NCBI GenBank assembly: GCA_035638115.1
Contig: DASRAN010000007.1
Coordinates: forward strand, 5,215-69,214
Length of the DNA: 64,000 bases
Reading direction: 5' to 3'
Source: Patescibacteria group bacterium
GTDB taxonomy: Bacteria > Acidobacteriota > Polarisedimenticolia > Gp22-AA2
Shown: positions 1 through 10,637 of the stretch, one piece after another
Position numbering within the stretch: position 1 is the first letter of the stretch
Layout: every line of letters starts with the position of its first letter
Notes under the pieces: generated by a model
What the model was told of the DNA's origin: nothing
What the model saw: the letters and a program-made list of their open reading frames with translations, nothing else
The model's database searches: none
Translations under genes and position numbers: made by a program

Positions 1-124
1 CGGACGAAAATGACGCGAGCGCCAGCGCGACGCAGGCGAGCGGTGCGGCGCAACGAGCGCCGTAAGGCGTGACGGCGCGCGCGGCGGCGGCGATACGGGT
101 GAGAGCGGCGAAGCGACGACCCAT
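1..124 (-). CDS. 5' part of a riboswitch-controlled exported protein, probably B12 uptake (e.g. TonB-dependent receptor); runs off the window
   Basis: ATG at 124 preceded by GAGGGAGG RBS; MGRRFAALTRIAAAARAVTPYGARCAAPLACVALALASFSS reads like a signal peptide; lies directly downstream of a cobalamin riboswitch. The product is inferred from context only. Confidence 0.55.
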   Translation of the reverse strand, partial: MGRRFAALTRIAAAARAVTPYGARCAAPLACVALALASFSS

Positions 125-170
125 GGCGACCTCCCTCGAGGCAATGGGCGCGCGACGGAACCGCTCGGAA

Positions 171-216
171 AATGCAAAAGCCCCGGGCTCGCAGGGGGAG
201 GCGCGACCGGGGCTTG
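171..216 (-). terminator. Intrinsic terminator in the riboswitch expression platform
   Basis: Minus strand AAGCCCCGG-TCGCG...TGCGA-GCCCGGGGCTTTTGCATTT: GC-rich hairpin followed by a T-tract, between the aptamer and the start codon. Confidence 0.65.
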
Positions 217-261
217 ACCAGCGTGCCTTTCCCGCGAAAGGTCCGTCACGTGCTCGATGTC

Positions 262-425
262 GCGCGCGGGTGTCCTGGCTTGCGGCTCTCTACTGACCGG
301 CCCTTCCCAGGAGCCCTGGGGCTCCCAGTGGGATTCTCCGGCGTTCGCTACCGCTTACAGTTGCGGGGCAGCGGGGGATTCGCACCCCCTTCCCTCAACC
401 TCCCCCGCGGCCGTGCCGGGCCGCG
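262..425 (-). ncRNA. Cobalamin (AdoCbl) riboswitch
   Basis: Minus strand GGGAAgggGGTGcgAATCcccc-GCTGCCCCGCAACTGTAA...CCACTGGG...CCTGGGAAGG...AGCCAGGACACC matches the conserved B12-box and cobalamin riboswitch signatures. Confidence 0.93.
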
Positions 426-490
426 GGGATCACGCGCGACATATTGTCAATGAACGACCACGGTCTTATACGCCGGCGGCGCCGGCGCTG

Positions 491-1447
491 TCAACGCGCT
501 TCGAACGGGGGGTCGCCGGCGAGCAGGAAATCCTTCAGGGCCGCCAGCAACTCGTCCGGCGCCTCGACCATCGGCAGGTGACCGCAGCGCTCCAGCACGA
601 CGAGCTTCGAGCCGGCGATCTGGTTGCGCGCCGCGCGGGCGGCGCTCGGGGCGGTGATCTCGTCCTCCTTGCCCCACACGATGAGCGTCGGCGCCGCGAT
701 CGGCGACAGGTCGTCGGCGAACCCCTCGCCGCGCCGGTACGACTCCAGCATGCGGCTGATCGCGTAGCCCGAGCCGGAGCGCACCCGCTCGGCGAACATC
801 TTGCGCGCCGCGGCGTCGGTCGCCCGCGTCGCGTCGTCGTAGTACATCAGCGTCAGCAGCCGGTGCGCCTCGGCGAGGGTGTCGAAGTCGAGGGCGCGCA
901 GCACCTCGGGGTCGTAGTTCGGCTTGTATCCGGCGCCGCTCACCAGCACCAGCCGCTCGACCCGCTCGGGATGCAAGAGCGCGAACAGCGACGCGACCCG
1001 CCCACCCATCGCATGCCCGACCAGGCTCGCCTTCTCGAGACCGACGGCGTCCATGAACTCGGCGAGAAAGTCGACCAGCGTCCCGGTCGAGTAGTCGAGC
1101 AGCGGTTTGTCGGAGGCGCCGAAGCCGATCTGATCCGGGACCAGGACGCGCAGACCGGCGGCGAGCGCGGTGGCGGCGGGGCGCCACGACTCCGAGGTGC
1201 CTCCCAGGCCGTGCAGGAAGATCACCGGCCGGCCCTGACCGCCCTCCAGGTAGTGCACGCCGAGGCCGAACAGCGCCGCGGTCCGGTTCCCGAGTCTCGC
1301 GGGCGTCACGCGGACGGCCGGGGGCCGCGGCGGGCGGGGCGTCGCGTCGGTCGCGGCCGGCTCGGCGGCGCCGATCGCCGTGACGGCCGCCGCCAGGGCG
1401 AGGGCCGTCACGAGCGCGCCGCGGCGACGCGGGCGCCGGCCGCTCAC
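491..1447 (-). CDS. Alpha/beta fold hydrolase with N-terminal signal-like segment
   Basis: FLHGLGG oxyanion motif, VPDQIGFGASDKP, GHAMGG at the nucleophile elbow (Ala where GxSxG has Ser), CGHLPMVE; GTG start overlaps the DUF885 stop (GTGA). Confidence 0.85.
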   Translation of the reverse strand: MSGRRPRRRGALVTALALAAAVTAIGAAEPAATDATPRPPRPPAVRVTPARLGNRTAALFGLGVHYLEGGQGRPVIFLHGLGGTSESWRPAATALAAGLRVLVPDQIGFGASDKPLLDYSTGTLVDFLAEFMDAVGLEKASLVGHAMGGRVASLFALLHPERVERLVLVSGAGYKPNYDPEVLRALDFDTLAEAHRLLTLMYYDDATRATDAAARKMFAERVRSGSGYAISRMLESYRRGEGFADDLSPIAAPTLIVWGKEDEITAPSAARAARNQIAGSKLVVLERCGHLPMVEAPDELLAALKDFLLAGDPPFEAR

Positions 1448-3330
1448 GCGCGCGCCGCCCGCGCCGGCCGGCGCCGGCGCTCGGCCGCGATCCAGCCCGT
1501 CACGCGATTCTCCAGGATCGGGAGCGGCAGCGGTCCGGCCAGCAGCACGGCGTCGTGGAAGTCGCGCAGGTCGAAGCGATCCCCGAGCGCCCGCCGGGCG
1601 CCGTCGCGCAGCTCGCGGATCGCCAGCTCGCCCAGCTTGTAGGCCAGCGCCTGCGCCGGCCAGGCGATGTAGCGATCGACCTCGACCGCGATGTCGTGAC
1701 CGGCCTTTCCGGCATTCTGCTCGAAGAAGGCGATGGCCCGCTCGCGCGACCAGCCGAAGGCGTGCAGGCCGGTGTCGACCACCAGACGGACGGCGCGCCA
1801 CATCTCGTAGGTCAGGCGGCCGAAGCGCGAGTAGGGGTCGCGATAGAGTCCCAGCTCGGCGCCGAGCGACTCGGCGTACAGACCCCATCCCTCGACGAAG
1901 GCGGTGTGATGCCCGTGACGGCGGAACGGGGGGAGATCCTCCAGCTCCTGGGCCAGGGCGATCTGCAGGTGATGGCCCGGCACCGCCTCGTGCGCCGCCA
2001 GCGCCTCCATCTCCCAGGTGGGGCGCGACGCCAGGTCATAGGTGTTGGCGTAGAAGTAGCCGGGCCGGCCGGCCGCGGCCGAGCCGGGATGGTAGTAGGC
2101 GGTCGTCTGCTCCTTCTCCGAATAGGACGGCACCGGCAGGACGCCGTACGGCAGACGCGGCAGGGTGCGGAACAGCCGCGTCAGCGCCGGGTCGATGCGC
2201 TTGCAGATGTCACGGTAGGCCGTGAGGATCTGCTCGCGCGAGGCGAGGAAGAAGCGCGCGTCGGAGCGCATGAAGCTCAGGAAGGACGGGAGGTCGCCAC
2301 GGTGATCCGTCTCGCGCATGGTCTCGAGCATCGCCGCGCGGATGCGCGCCACTTCCGCGAGACCGGTCTCGTGGATCGCCGCCGGGGCGAGGTCACGCGA
2401 CGTCATCAGCCGCACCAGGTGCGCGTACCACGCCTCGCCGTCCGGCAGGACGCAGAGCGCCAGCGAGGCGCGGGTCTTCGGCAGGTACTCGTCGACGAGA
2501 CAGGCGTGCAGCCGGCGGTAGGCCGGAACCACGACCTCGCGCGTGGCGCGGAGAATCGCGTCGCGGACCCGGCGTCCCGCCGCGCCGTCGAGCTCGGCCG
2601 GCAGGTCGGCGAGCACCATCGTGGCGATCGGCGTGGTGGCCGGGTCGTCGGCGATCTGGGCCGCCACCTGGCCGGGGACCATCTGCATGATGGCGCGCGG
2701 CGGCGTCAGGCCGCGGGCCGCTCCCTCGCGCAGCACCGCGATGGTCTGATCCACGAGCGTTCCGATGGCGGCCAGCCGAGCAGCGACGTTCTCGAGATCC
2801 GCCGCGGTCCGGCGCGGCGCGAGCCCCATCAGGTCGGCGACCTCCTGGTGGATGCCGCTCATCTGGTTGAGCGGCAGCATCTCGTCGTGGAACCGGAGCC
2901 CGTCGACCGTCAGCCCGGTCTCGTAGAGGAACAGGTCGAGGTCCATGCGCGCGGCGGGGGAGAGGGCCCGGCGATCGATCGCCCGCGCGCGCTTCTGCAG
3001 ATCGCGGTAGTACCCTCCGCGCCGGTCGTGGGCCTCGAGCGAGACATCCGACCATCGATCGTCGTAGCGCGGGTCGCCGACCAGCGTGGCCAGGATCGGG
3101 TACTCGCGCAGGCGCCATTCCCAGTCGCGCTCGAGAAGCGTCCTCAAGGCGGCGTCCGCGCCGGCGGACGGGGGCGGCGCCGCGGCGCGCCGCGCGGGGG
3201 CCGCGCCCCGGGCGCGCGCGGACGGGCGCCGGGCGCGGGGGCGGACGCGGGGGCGGACGCGCGGGCGGACGCGGGGGTGGACGCGGGGGTGGACGCGGGG
3301 GTGGACGCGGCGACGAGCGGGGCGGCTCAT
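1444..3330 (-). CDS. DUF885 domain-containing protein (putative metallopeptidase-like)
   Basis: Typical DUF885 motifs HEAVPGHHLQ, AFVEGWGLYAE, WRAVRLVVDTGLH, EVDRYIAWPAQALAYKLG; start uncertain (3330 or 3339). Confidence 0.88.
   Translation of the reverse strand: MSRPARRRVHPRVHPRVHPRVRPRVRPRVRPRARRPSARARGAAPARRAAAPPPSAGADAALRTLLERDWEWRLREYPILATLVGDPRYDDRWSDVSLEAHDRRGGYYRDLQKRARAIDRRALSPAARMDLDLFLYETGLTVDGLRFHDEMLPLNQMSGIHQEVADLMGLAPRRTAADLENVAARLAAIGTLVDQTIAVLREGAARGLTPPRAIMQMVPGQVAAQIADDPATTPIATMVLADLPAELDGAAGRRVRDAILRATREVVVPAYRRLHACLVDEYLPKTRASLALCVLPDGEAWYAHLVRLMTSRDLAPAAIHETGLAEVARIRAAMLETMRETDHRGDLPSFLSFMRSDARFFLASREQILTAYRDICKRIDPALTRLFRTLPRLPYGVLPVPSYSEKEQTTAYYHPGSAAAGRPGYFYANTYDLASRPTWEMEALAAHEAVPGHHLQIALAQELEDLPPFRRHGHHTAFVEGWGLYAESLGAELGLYRDPYSRFGRLTYEMWRAVRLVVDTGLHAFGWSRERAIAFFEQNAGKAGHDIAVEVDRYIAWPAQALAYKLGELAIRELRDGARRALGDRFDLRDFHDAVLLAGPLPLPILENRVTGWIAAERRRRPARAARA
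3241..3312. repeat. Six-copy 12-bp tandem repeat G(C/T)GGACGCG(G/C)(G/C)G
   Basis: Units start at 3241, 3253, 3265, 3277, 3289 and 3301; encodes (RVHP)3(RVRP)3 in the DUF885 N-terminus. Confidence 0.9.
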
Positions 3331-3399
3331 CCGCGCCACCCGCCCGGAGCTTCGGGGACGTCTGTCGCCGCGGTCGAACGTGGACTACAATGCGCGGGC

Positions 3400-3930
3400 A
3401 TGAAGGATCCAGATCCGCGGGATCGATCCCGGCCACCGTTCCGAATCCTGTTCGTCTGCACCGGCAACTCCGCGCGCAGCCAGCTGGCGGAAGGTCTCGC
3501 GAACCACCTGGGACAGGGTGACGTCGAGGCGCACAGCGCCGGCACCATGCCCGCCGGAGTCAACAACCACTCGGTCGCGGTCATGCAGGAGCGCGGCATC
3601 GACATCACGCACCAGCGCTCCAAGCGGATCGACGAGGTTCCGGGGCCGTTCGATCTGGTCATCACCTTGTGCGACGCCGCAGCGCTCCTCTGCCCGACCT
3701 CGGTGCGCGACTATCCGATGGAGCACTGGTCGACGCCCGACCCATCGTTCGTGCCCGGCGGTCCCGAGGCGGTCCACCAGGCGTTCCGCCGCGTGCGCGA
3801 TCGCCTCGAGCTCGAGATCACCGCGCTGATCGAGAAGCTGCGCAAGGGCGAGCGTGGCGCCGGTGGGACGCGCACCGGCGCCGCGACCCGCAGGGAGCCC
3901 GGGGTCACGAAGCGGGCGGCTCGTCGCTGA
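3400..3930 (+). CDS. arsC: Arsenate reductase, low-molecular-weight PTP family (thioredoxin type)
   Basis: LFVCTGNSARSQLAEG P-loop, HSAGT, DLVITLCDAAALLCP redox Cys pair, HWSTPDP; TACAAT -10 box 8 nt before the ATG. Confidence 0.85.
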   Translation: MKDPDPRDRSRPPFRILFVCTGNSARSQLAEGLANHLGQGDVEAHSAGTMPAGVNNHSVAVMQERGIDITHQRSKRIDEVPGPFDLVITLCDAAALLCPTSVRDYPMEHWSTPDPSFVPGGPEAVHQAFRRVRDRLELEITALIEKLRKGERGAGGTRTGAATRREPGVTKRAARR

Positions 3931-4264
3931 CCACGGCCCGGCCGGCGTCCTGCAGCACCTGCAACGCCTCGGACGCTTCGCCGTCGGGGACGTAGACGGC
4001 GAACGGCGTGGTCAACGGGGGAAGCAACCCCGCGGCCGGCGTCGTCGATCCATCGGGGTCGACCGCCGAGGGTCGTCCGCCTTCGTCGAGCCAGGCCAGC
4101 ACCGGATGGAAGCCGGCGCTCGTCAGCAAATCGTAGATGAGCGACGCCTCTTCCTCGAGCGGCGCCTGCGCGACGCAGCGCGTGCCGGAGAACAGGTCGT
4201 CGCAGGATGCGCACCGGGTTTCGCCCGGGGCATAGTCCTTTCCACAACGCGCGCAGCGATTCAC
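3905..4264 (-). CDS. Zinc-ribbon plus DUF2007-like small protein
   Basis: N-terminal CxxC...CxxC; LLTSAGF and VYVPDGEASEALQVL segments resemble putative signal-transducing DUF2007; TAGCAT 6 nt before the GTG. Confidence 0.6.
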   Translation of the reverse strand: MNRCARCGKDYAPGETRCASCDDLFSGTRCVAQAPLEEEASLIYDLLTSAGFHPVLAWLDEGGRPSAVDPDGSTTPAAGLLPPLTTPFAVYVPDGEASEALQVLQDAGRAVVSDEPPAS

Positions 4265-4296
4265 GCAGGCATGCTACGCCGCCTTACGCGGGGGCG

Positions 4297-5085
4297 TCAA
4301 CGACCGGCGGTCGGAGCCAGGCCGAAGAGCCGCTCGAGATTGCGCGTCGCCGCCTCGCCGATCGCGTCGGAAGAGATTCCCTTCAACGCGGCGATCGTCT
4401 CCGCCACGTGGATCACGCGCGCCGGCTCGTTGCGCCCGCCGCGCAGCGGGTGCGGGGAGAGGTAGGGCGAGTCGGTCTCGATGAGCAGGCGGTCGAGCGG
4501 GGTGGCGGCCGCGGCGTCGGCGAGCGCCCCGGCGTTCTTGAACGTGACCGGGCCCGCGAACGACAGGAGGAACCCGGTCTGCAGCGCCCGCGCCGCCTCC
4601 TCCGGCCCGCCCGAGAAGCAGTGGAAGACCCCGCCGCCGGCCGCCGCCCCCTCGTCGCGCAGGATGGCGAAGGTGTCGTCCCAGGCCGAGCGCGTGTGCA
4701 CGACGATCGGGAGGCGGAGCGTGCGGGCGAGGGTGATCTGCTCGCGGAAGACGGCGCGCTGCTCGGACGGCGGCGACATGTTGTAGTGGTAGTCGAGCCC
4801 GATCTCGCCGATGGCGACCGACTTGGGGCGCCGCGCCGCCCGTTCCAGGGCGCGCGCCACCTCGAGGCTCCAGTCCTTCGCCTCGTGCGGGTGGACCCCG
4901 GCGGTGAAGTGGATGAAGTCGTGGGCGGCGGCCAGGTCGGCGCACCGGTCGGCGTCGCCGATGCGGGTCGGGACGGTGACGATGTGCGCCAGGCCGGCGG
5001 TCCGGGCTCGGGCGATGACCGCGTCGCGGTCGGCGTCGAACCGGGCGTCGGTCAGGTGCGCGTGGCTGTCGCTCGCGATCGGCAC
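4297..5085 (-). CDS. tatD: TatD family deoxyribonuclease
   Basis: DSHAHL, GVHPHE, AIGEIGLDYHY, VVHTR, GVFHCFSG, LIETDSPYL. Confidence 0.93.
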   Translation of the reverse strand: MPIASDSHAHLTDARFDADRDAVIARARTAGLAHIVTVPTRIGDADRCADLAAAHDFIHFTAGVHPHEAKDWSLEVARALERAARRPKSVAIGEIGLDYHYNMSPPSEQRAVFREQITLARTLRLPIVVHTRSAWDDTFAILRDEGAAAGGGVFHCFSGGPEEAARALQTGFLLSFAGPVTFKNAGALADAAAATPLDRLLIETDSPYLSPHPLRGGRNEPARVIHVAETIAALKGISSDAIGEAATRNLERLFGLAPTAGR

Positions 5086-5099
5086 GCGGTGGGCGGCGC

Positions 5100-7109
5100 C
5101 TACTTGACCCGCCAGCCGGCCGGGACCGCGGGGTCGGCGGTGGTCAGCACGACCGGGCTGCCCGACGCGTCCGACGCCGCGAGCAGCATTCCCTGGGACA
5201 CGATGCCCCGGAGCTTCGCCGGCTTGAGGTTCGCCACCACGACGATCGTCTTGCCCACCAGCGACTCGGGCGCGTAGGCCGCGGCGATGCCGGCGACGAT
5301 GGTGCGCGTCGCGGTGCCGACGTCGACGGTCAGCTTCAGGAGGCGATCGGCGCCCTCGACGCGCTCTGCCGCCAGGACTTTCGCGGTCCGCAGCTCGACG
5401 CGCGCGAAATCGTCGATGGTGATCTCGGCGGGAGCGCCGCCGCCCGCCGTCGCGGCGGGTCGTGCCGACGCCGGAGCCGGTTGCAAGGGCGCCGGGGCGG
5501 GCGGGGATCCATCTCGGGTCTCCATGCTGATCTCCTTGTTCGGGGCCGCCCCGGCGAGCCAGGCGGCCTTGTCGATACGGGGGAAGAGCGCGGCGCCGCG
5601 GACGGTCCGCGCTCCGGGGGAGAGCGCCCCCCACTGGAACTTCTCGAGGCGCACGGCGGTCACGTCGCCTGGCGCGCCGACGGCGCTCCAGAGAGCCTGC
5701 GCCGAGGCCGGAATGACCGGCGCCACGAGGACGGCGACGATGCGCAGCCCCTCCGCCACGTCGTAGAGGATGGTGTCGAGCGTCCTCGCGGCGGCGGGGT
5801 CGCGCGCCAGCTTCCAGGGCTCGTGCTGCACGATGAACCGGTTCAGCGCTCCGACCAGGTCCCAGACCCGGCCCAGGCCGGTGTGGAACGAAAGGGCCTC
5901 GAAGTCGGCGATCAACCCGTCCCAGGCGGCGCCCGCCGTCTTCCTGAGTTCGCCGTCGCCCGCGAAGGCCGCGTCGGGCGCGGGCAGCACGCCGGCGCGG
6001 TAGTCCTCGATCATCTTGAGGGCGCGGCTCGCGAGGTTGCCGAGATCGTTCGCCAGGTCGGTGTTGACCCGCTCCACGAACGCCTCGTCGGAGTAGGAGG
6101 CGTCCTGTCCGAAGACCATCTCGCGCATCAGGAAGTAGCGCAGCGGATCGACGCCGAACTCCCGGATCAGGGGCAGCGGATCGACCACGCCTCCCTGCGA
6201 CTTGGAGATCTTCGCCGCATCGCGCAGCCACCAGCCGTGCGCCACGATGCGCCGCGGCAGCGGCTCGCCGGCCGACAGCAGGAACGCCGGCCAGTAGACG
6301 GCGTGGAAGCGGAGGATGTCCTTCCCCATGAAGTGCATGTCGCACGGCCAGTAGCGCTCGTAGAGCCCCGCCCCGGCACCGTACCCGAGGGCGGTGACGT
6401 AGTTGCTCAGCGCGTCGAACCAGACGTACAGGACGTGCGACGGATCGCCCGGGAACGGGATCCCCCAGGTGAAGGTGGAGCGGCTGATCGACAGATCCTT
6501 GAGGCCGGCGTCGACGAACGCCACCACCTCGTTGCGCCGCGTCTCCGGGAACACGAAGCCGGGCTGGTCGCGGTAGTGCCGGAGCAGCGGCTCGCGGTAG
6601 CGCGACAGGCGGAAGAAGTACGACTCCTCCTCGGTCCATTCGACCTTGTGCCCCTGGTCGGGGCAGCGGCCGTCGACGATCTGGTTCTCGGGATAGAACG
6701 ACTCGCACGAGGTGCAGTACCAGCCGGCGTAGCGGTCCTTGTAGATGTCTCCCCGCGCCTGGATCTTCGCGAACAGGGCCTCGACCCCGCGGCGGTGGCG
6801 GGGCTCGGTGGTGCGGATGAAGTCGTCGTTCCGGATGCCGAGCGTGGTCCAGAGGTCGCGAAAGCGCTCCACCACCTGGTCGGCCAGCGCGATCGGCTCG
6901 ATCCCGCGTGCCCTGGCGGCGCGCTCGATCTTCTGGCCGTGCTCGTCGGTCCCGGTCAGGAACCGGACGTCGCGGCCGCGCATGCGGGCGAACCGCGCCA
7001 CCACGTCGGTGACCACGGTGGTGTAGGTGTGGCCGATGTGCGGGACGTCGTTGACGTAGTAGATCGGCGTCGTGACGTAGAAGGGGCGGGACGGAGGTTC
7101 GGGGCTCAC
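5100..7109 (-). CDS. metG: Methionine--tRNA ligase with C-terminal tRNA-binding domain
   Basis: FYVTTPIYYVNDVPHIGH (HIGH), FLTGTDEHGQKI, GKDILRFH, KISKS, C-terminal ITIDDFARVELR...LKPAKLRG. Confidence 0.97.
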   Translation of the reverse strand: MSPEPPSRPFYVTTPIYYVNDVPHIGHTYTTVVTDVVARFARMRGRDVRFLTGTDEHGQKIERAARARGIEPIALADQVVERFRDLWTTLGIRNDDFIRTTEPRHRRGVEALFAKIQARGDIYKDRYAGWYCTSCESFYPENQIVDGRCPDQGHKVEWTEEESYFFRLSRYREPLLRHYRDQPGFVFPETRRNEVVAFVDAGLKDLSISRSTFTWGIPFPGDPSHVLYVWFDALSNYVTALGYGAGAGLYERYWPCDMHFMGKDILRFHAVYWPAFLLSAGEPLPRRIVAHGWWLRDAAKISKSQGGVVDPLPLIREFGVDPLRYFLMREMVFGQDASYSDEAFVERVNTDLANDLGNLASRALKMIEDYRAGVLPAPDAAFAGDGELRKTAGAAWDGLIADFEALSFHTGLGRVWDLVGALNRFIVQHEPWKLARDPAAARTLDTILYDVAEGLRIVAVLVAPVIPASAQALWSAVGAPGDVTAVRLEKFQWGALSPGARTVRGAALFPRIDKAAWLAGAAPNKEISMETRDGSPPAPAPLQPAPASARPAATAGGGAPAEITIDDFARVELRTAKVLAAERVEGADRLLKLTVDVGTATRTIVAGIAAAYAPESLVGKTIVVVANLKPAKLRGIVSQGMLLAASDASGSPVVLTTADPAVPAGWRVK

Positions 7110-7405
7110 TCCGGCTCCCAGTACACGGTGATGAAGCGGTACAGCTCCGACTCGAACGACTTCTGGTGGTAGCGGTTCAGGGTCCGTCCCATTTCGGGCG
7201 CGGCCGTGAGAACGCGCAGGTACTCGTTGACCATCGCGTCGACGTCCCCCTTGGCGGCCAGGGTCCGCAGCACCTTCTCGGTCTCGAGGGCCGGCTTCCG
7301 GACCCCCGGCTGTCCGCCCGCGCGCGTCGCCAGGTCGATGGCGCCCGAGGTGACCTCCATCGCGATCGACAGCATCCGCCCGGCCCTGGCCTTGTCGTAG
7401 ATCAT
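7106..7405 (-). CDS. Hypothetical protein, translationally coupled between larC and metG
   Basis: 99-aa ORF with 4-nt overlaps at both ends and a plausible helical composition. Confidence 0.7.
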   Translation of the reverse strand: MIYDKARAGRMLSIAMEVTSGAIDLATRAGGQPGVRKPALETEKVLRTLAAKGDVDAMVNEYLRVLTAAPEMGRTLNRYHQKSFESELYRFITVYWEPE

Positions 7406-8685
7406 CGTCGTCTCCTTGCCGCAGCGCGCGGCCGTCGGGGGACCCGGGCGCGCCGCCGCGCGGCCGCGCCGGGCCGGGCGGCCGCGCGGCGGGCCGGCCG
7501 GAGCCGGCCGCCGGTCCGGTCGTGGTGCGCCGCCACCGCCGCGCGCTGCACTTCCTTCAGCGGCACGTCGTGACGCAGCGCCAGGGCGCGGCAGTCTTCG
7601 TACTCGGGCGTCGCCTGCATGACCACGCCGTTGTGCACGCTCACCTTCATCCGCACCGGGCCGTACGGGGTGCTCACCGTGTCGAAGCGGCGCGCCATCT
7701 CGTACCGCCCCATCGGCAGGTAACGGAACCCGATGGTGGTGGTCTCGCGGAAGATCACCTCGGCAGCGATGTCGAGAACGCGCTCCGGGACGATCACCGT
7801 CGCCATGGTGCCGGGGCGGTTCTTCTTCATCTGGATCGGCGTGAAGAACACCTCCAGCGCCCCGACCGCGAACAGACGCTCCATGAGATGGCCGTAGAGC
7901 TGCGGATTCATGTCGTCGATCGTCGTCTCCATCACGACCACGGTCTCGCGCACCGCGCCTTCATTGATGAGATCGCCGTACAGAGCGCGCAGGAGGTTCG
8001 GGTGGTGCTCGTAGCGCCGCGAGCCGGCGCCGTAGCCGATCTTGCGGATGCGCATCGGCGGCAGCACGCCGAAATCGCTCGCCAGCGTGGTGACCAGCGC
8101 GGCGCCGGTCGGCGTCACCAGCTCCCCCTCGACGTGGGTCGCGTAGACGGGGCGGCCGCGCAGCAGCTCGGTGACCGCCGGCGGCGGCACCGGGAAGGTC
8201 CCGTGCGCCATCGACACCAGCCCGCGTCCGACGTGCAGCGGCGAACAGACGACGCGCGGCCAGCCGAGCGCCTCCATGCCGATCATCGTGCCGACGATGT
8301 CGACGATCGCGTCGACCGCGCCGACCTCGTGCAGGTGCACCTTCTCGGCCGTGACGCGGTGGACGCGCGCCTCGGCGCGCACCAGCCGGCCGAAAGCCTG
8401 CAGCGCCTTGTCCTGGACGGCGGGGGAGAGACGGCTCTTCATGATGAGGGCGCGGATCTCCGCCAGGCGGCGCTCCGGCTGGCGCGTGTCGGAGAGTGTC
8501 ACGTCGACCTTGGTCCCGGCGAGACCGGCGAACGTCGCGCGCCGCGAGGCGAGCGTGTAGCCGCGCACCGGGAGCGACCGGAGCCGGTCGCGCAGGTGGC
8601 CCAAGGACACGCCCAGGTCGACGAGGGCGCCCAGCATCATGTCGCCGCTGACGCCCGAGAAACAGTCCAGATAGAGTCCGCGCAT
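7402..8685 (-). CDS. larC: Nickel pincer cofactor biosynthesis protein LarC (TIGR00299-like)
   Basis: LDCFSGVSGDMMLGALVDLG, HLHEVGAVDAIVDI, GELVTPTGAA, ETTIDDMNPQ, QMKKNRPG, PEYEDC. Confidence 0.93.
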   Translation of the reverse strand: MRGLYLDCFSGVSGDMMLGALVDLGVSLGHLRDRLRSLPVRGYTLASRRATFAGLAGTKVDVTLSDTRQPERRLAEIRALIMKSRLSPAVQDKALQAFGRLVRAEARVHRVTAEKVHLHEVGAVDAIVDIVGTMIGMEALGWPRVVCSPLHVGRGLVSMAHGTFPVPPPAVTELLRGRPVYATHVEGELVTPTGAALVTTLASDFGVLPPMRIRKIGYGAGSRRYEHHPNLLRALYGDLINEGAVRETVVVMETTIDDMNPQLYGHLMERLFAVGALEVFFTPIQMKKNRPGTMATVIVPERVLDIAAEVIFRETTTIGFRYLPMGRYEMARRFDTVSTPYGPVRMKVSVHNGVVMQATPEYEDCRALALRHDVPLKEVQRAAVAAHHDRTGGRLRPARRAAARPGAAARRRARVPRRPRAAARRRR

Positions 8686-8720
8686 CGCGGCGGCAGGATA
8701 CACCAGCCCGCCGCCCGCCG

Positions 8721-8750
8721 TTGACACTCTCCGCGGCGCTTCCGTATAGT
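8721..8750 (+). promoter_or_regulatory. Sigma70-type promoter of the permease-amidohydrolase operon
   Basis: TTGACA-N18-TATAGT. Confidence 0.65.
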
Positions 8751-8795
8751 CGCCGCGGTTCGCACGCCCACCATCGACATCGGAGCCGTCGCCGA

Positions 8796-10633
<1,838 letters not shown>

Positions 10634-10637
<4 letters not shown>

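Noticed and set aside
3241-3312. Repeats as a CRISPR array (also 50821-50884)
   Set aside because: Units are contiguous 12-17 bp with no unique spacers, and there are no cas genes.
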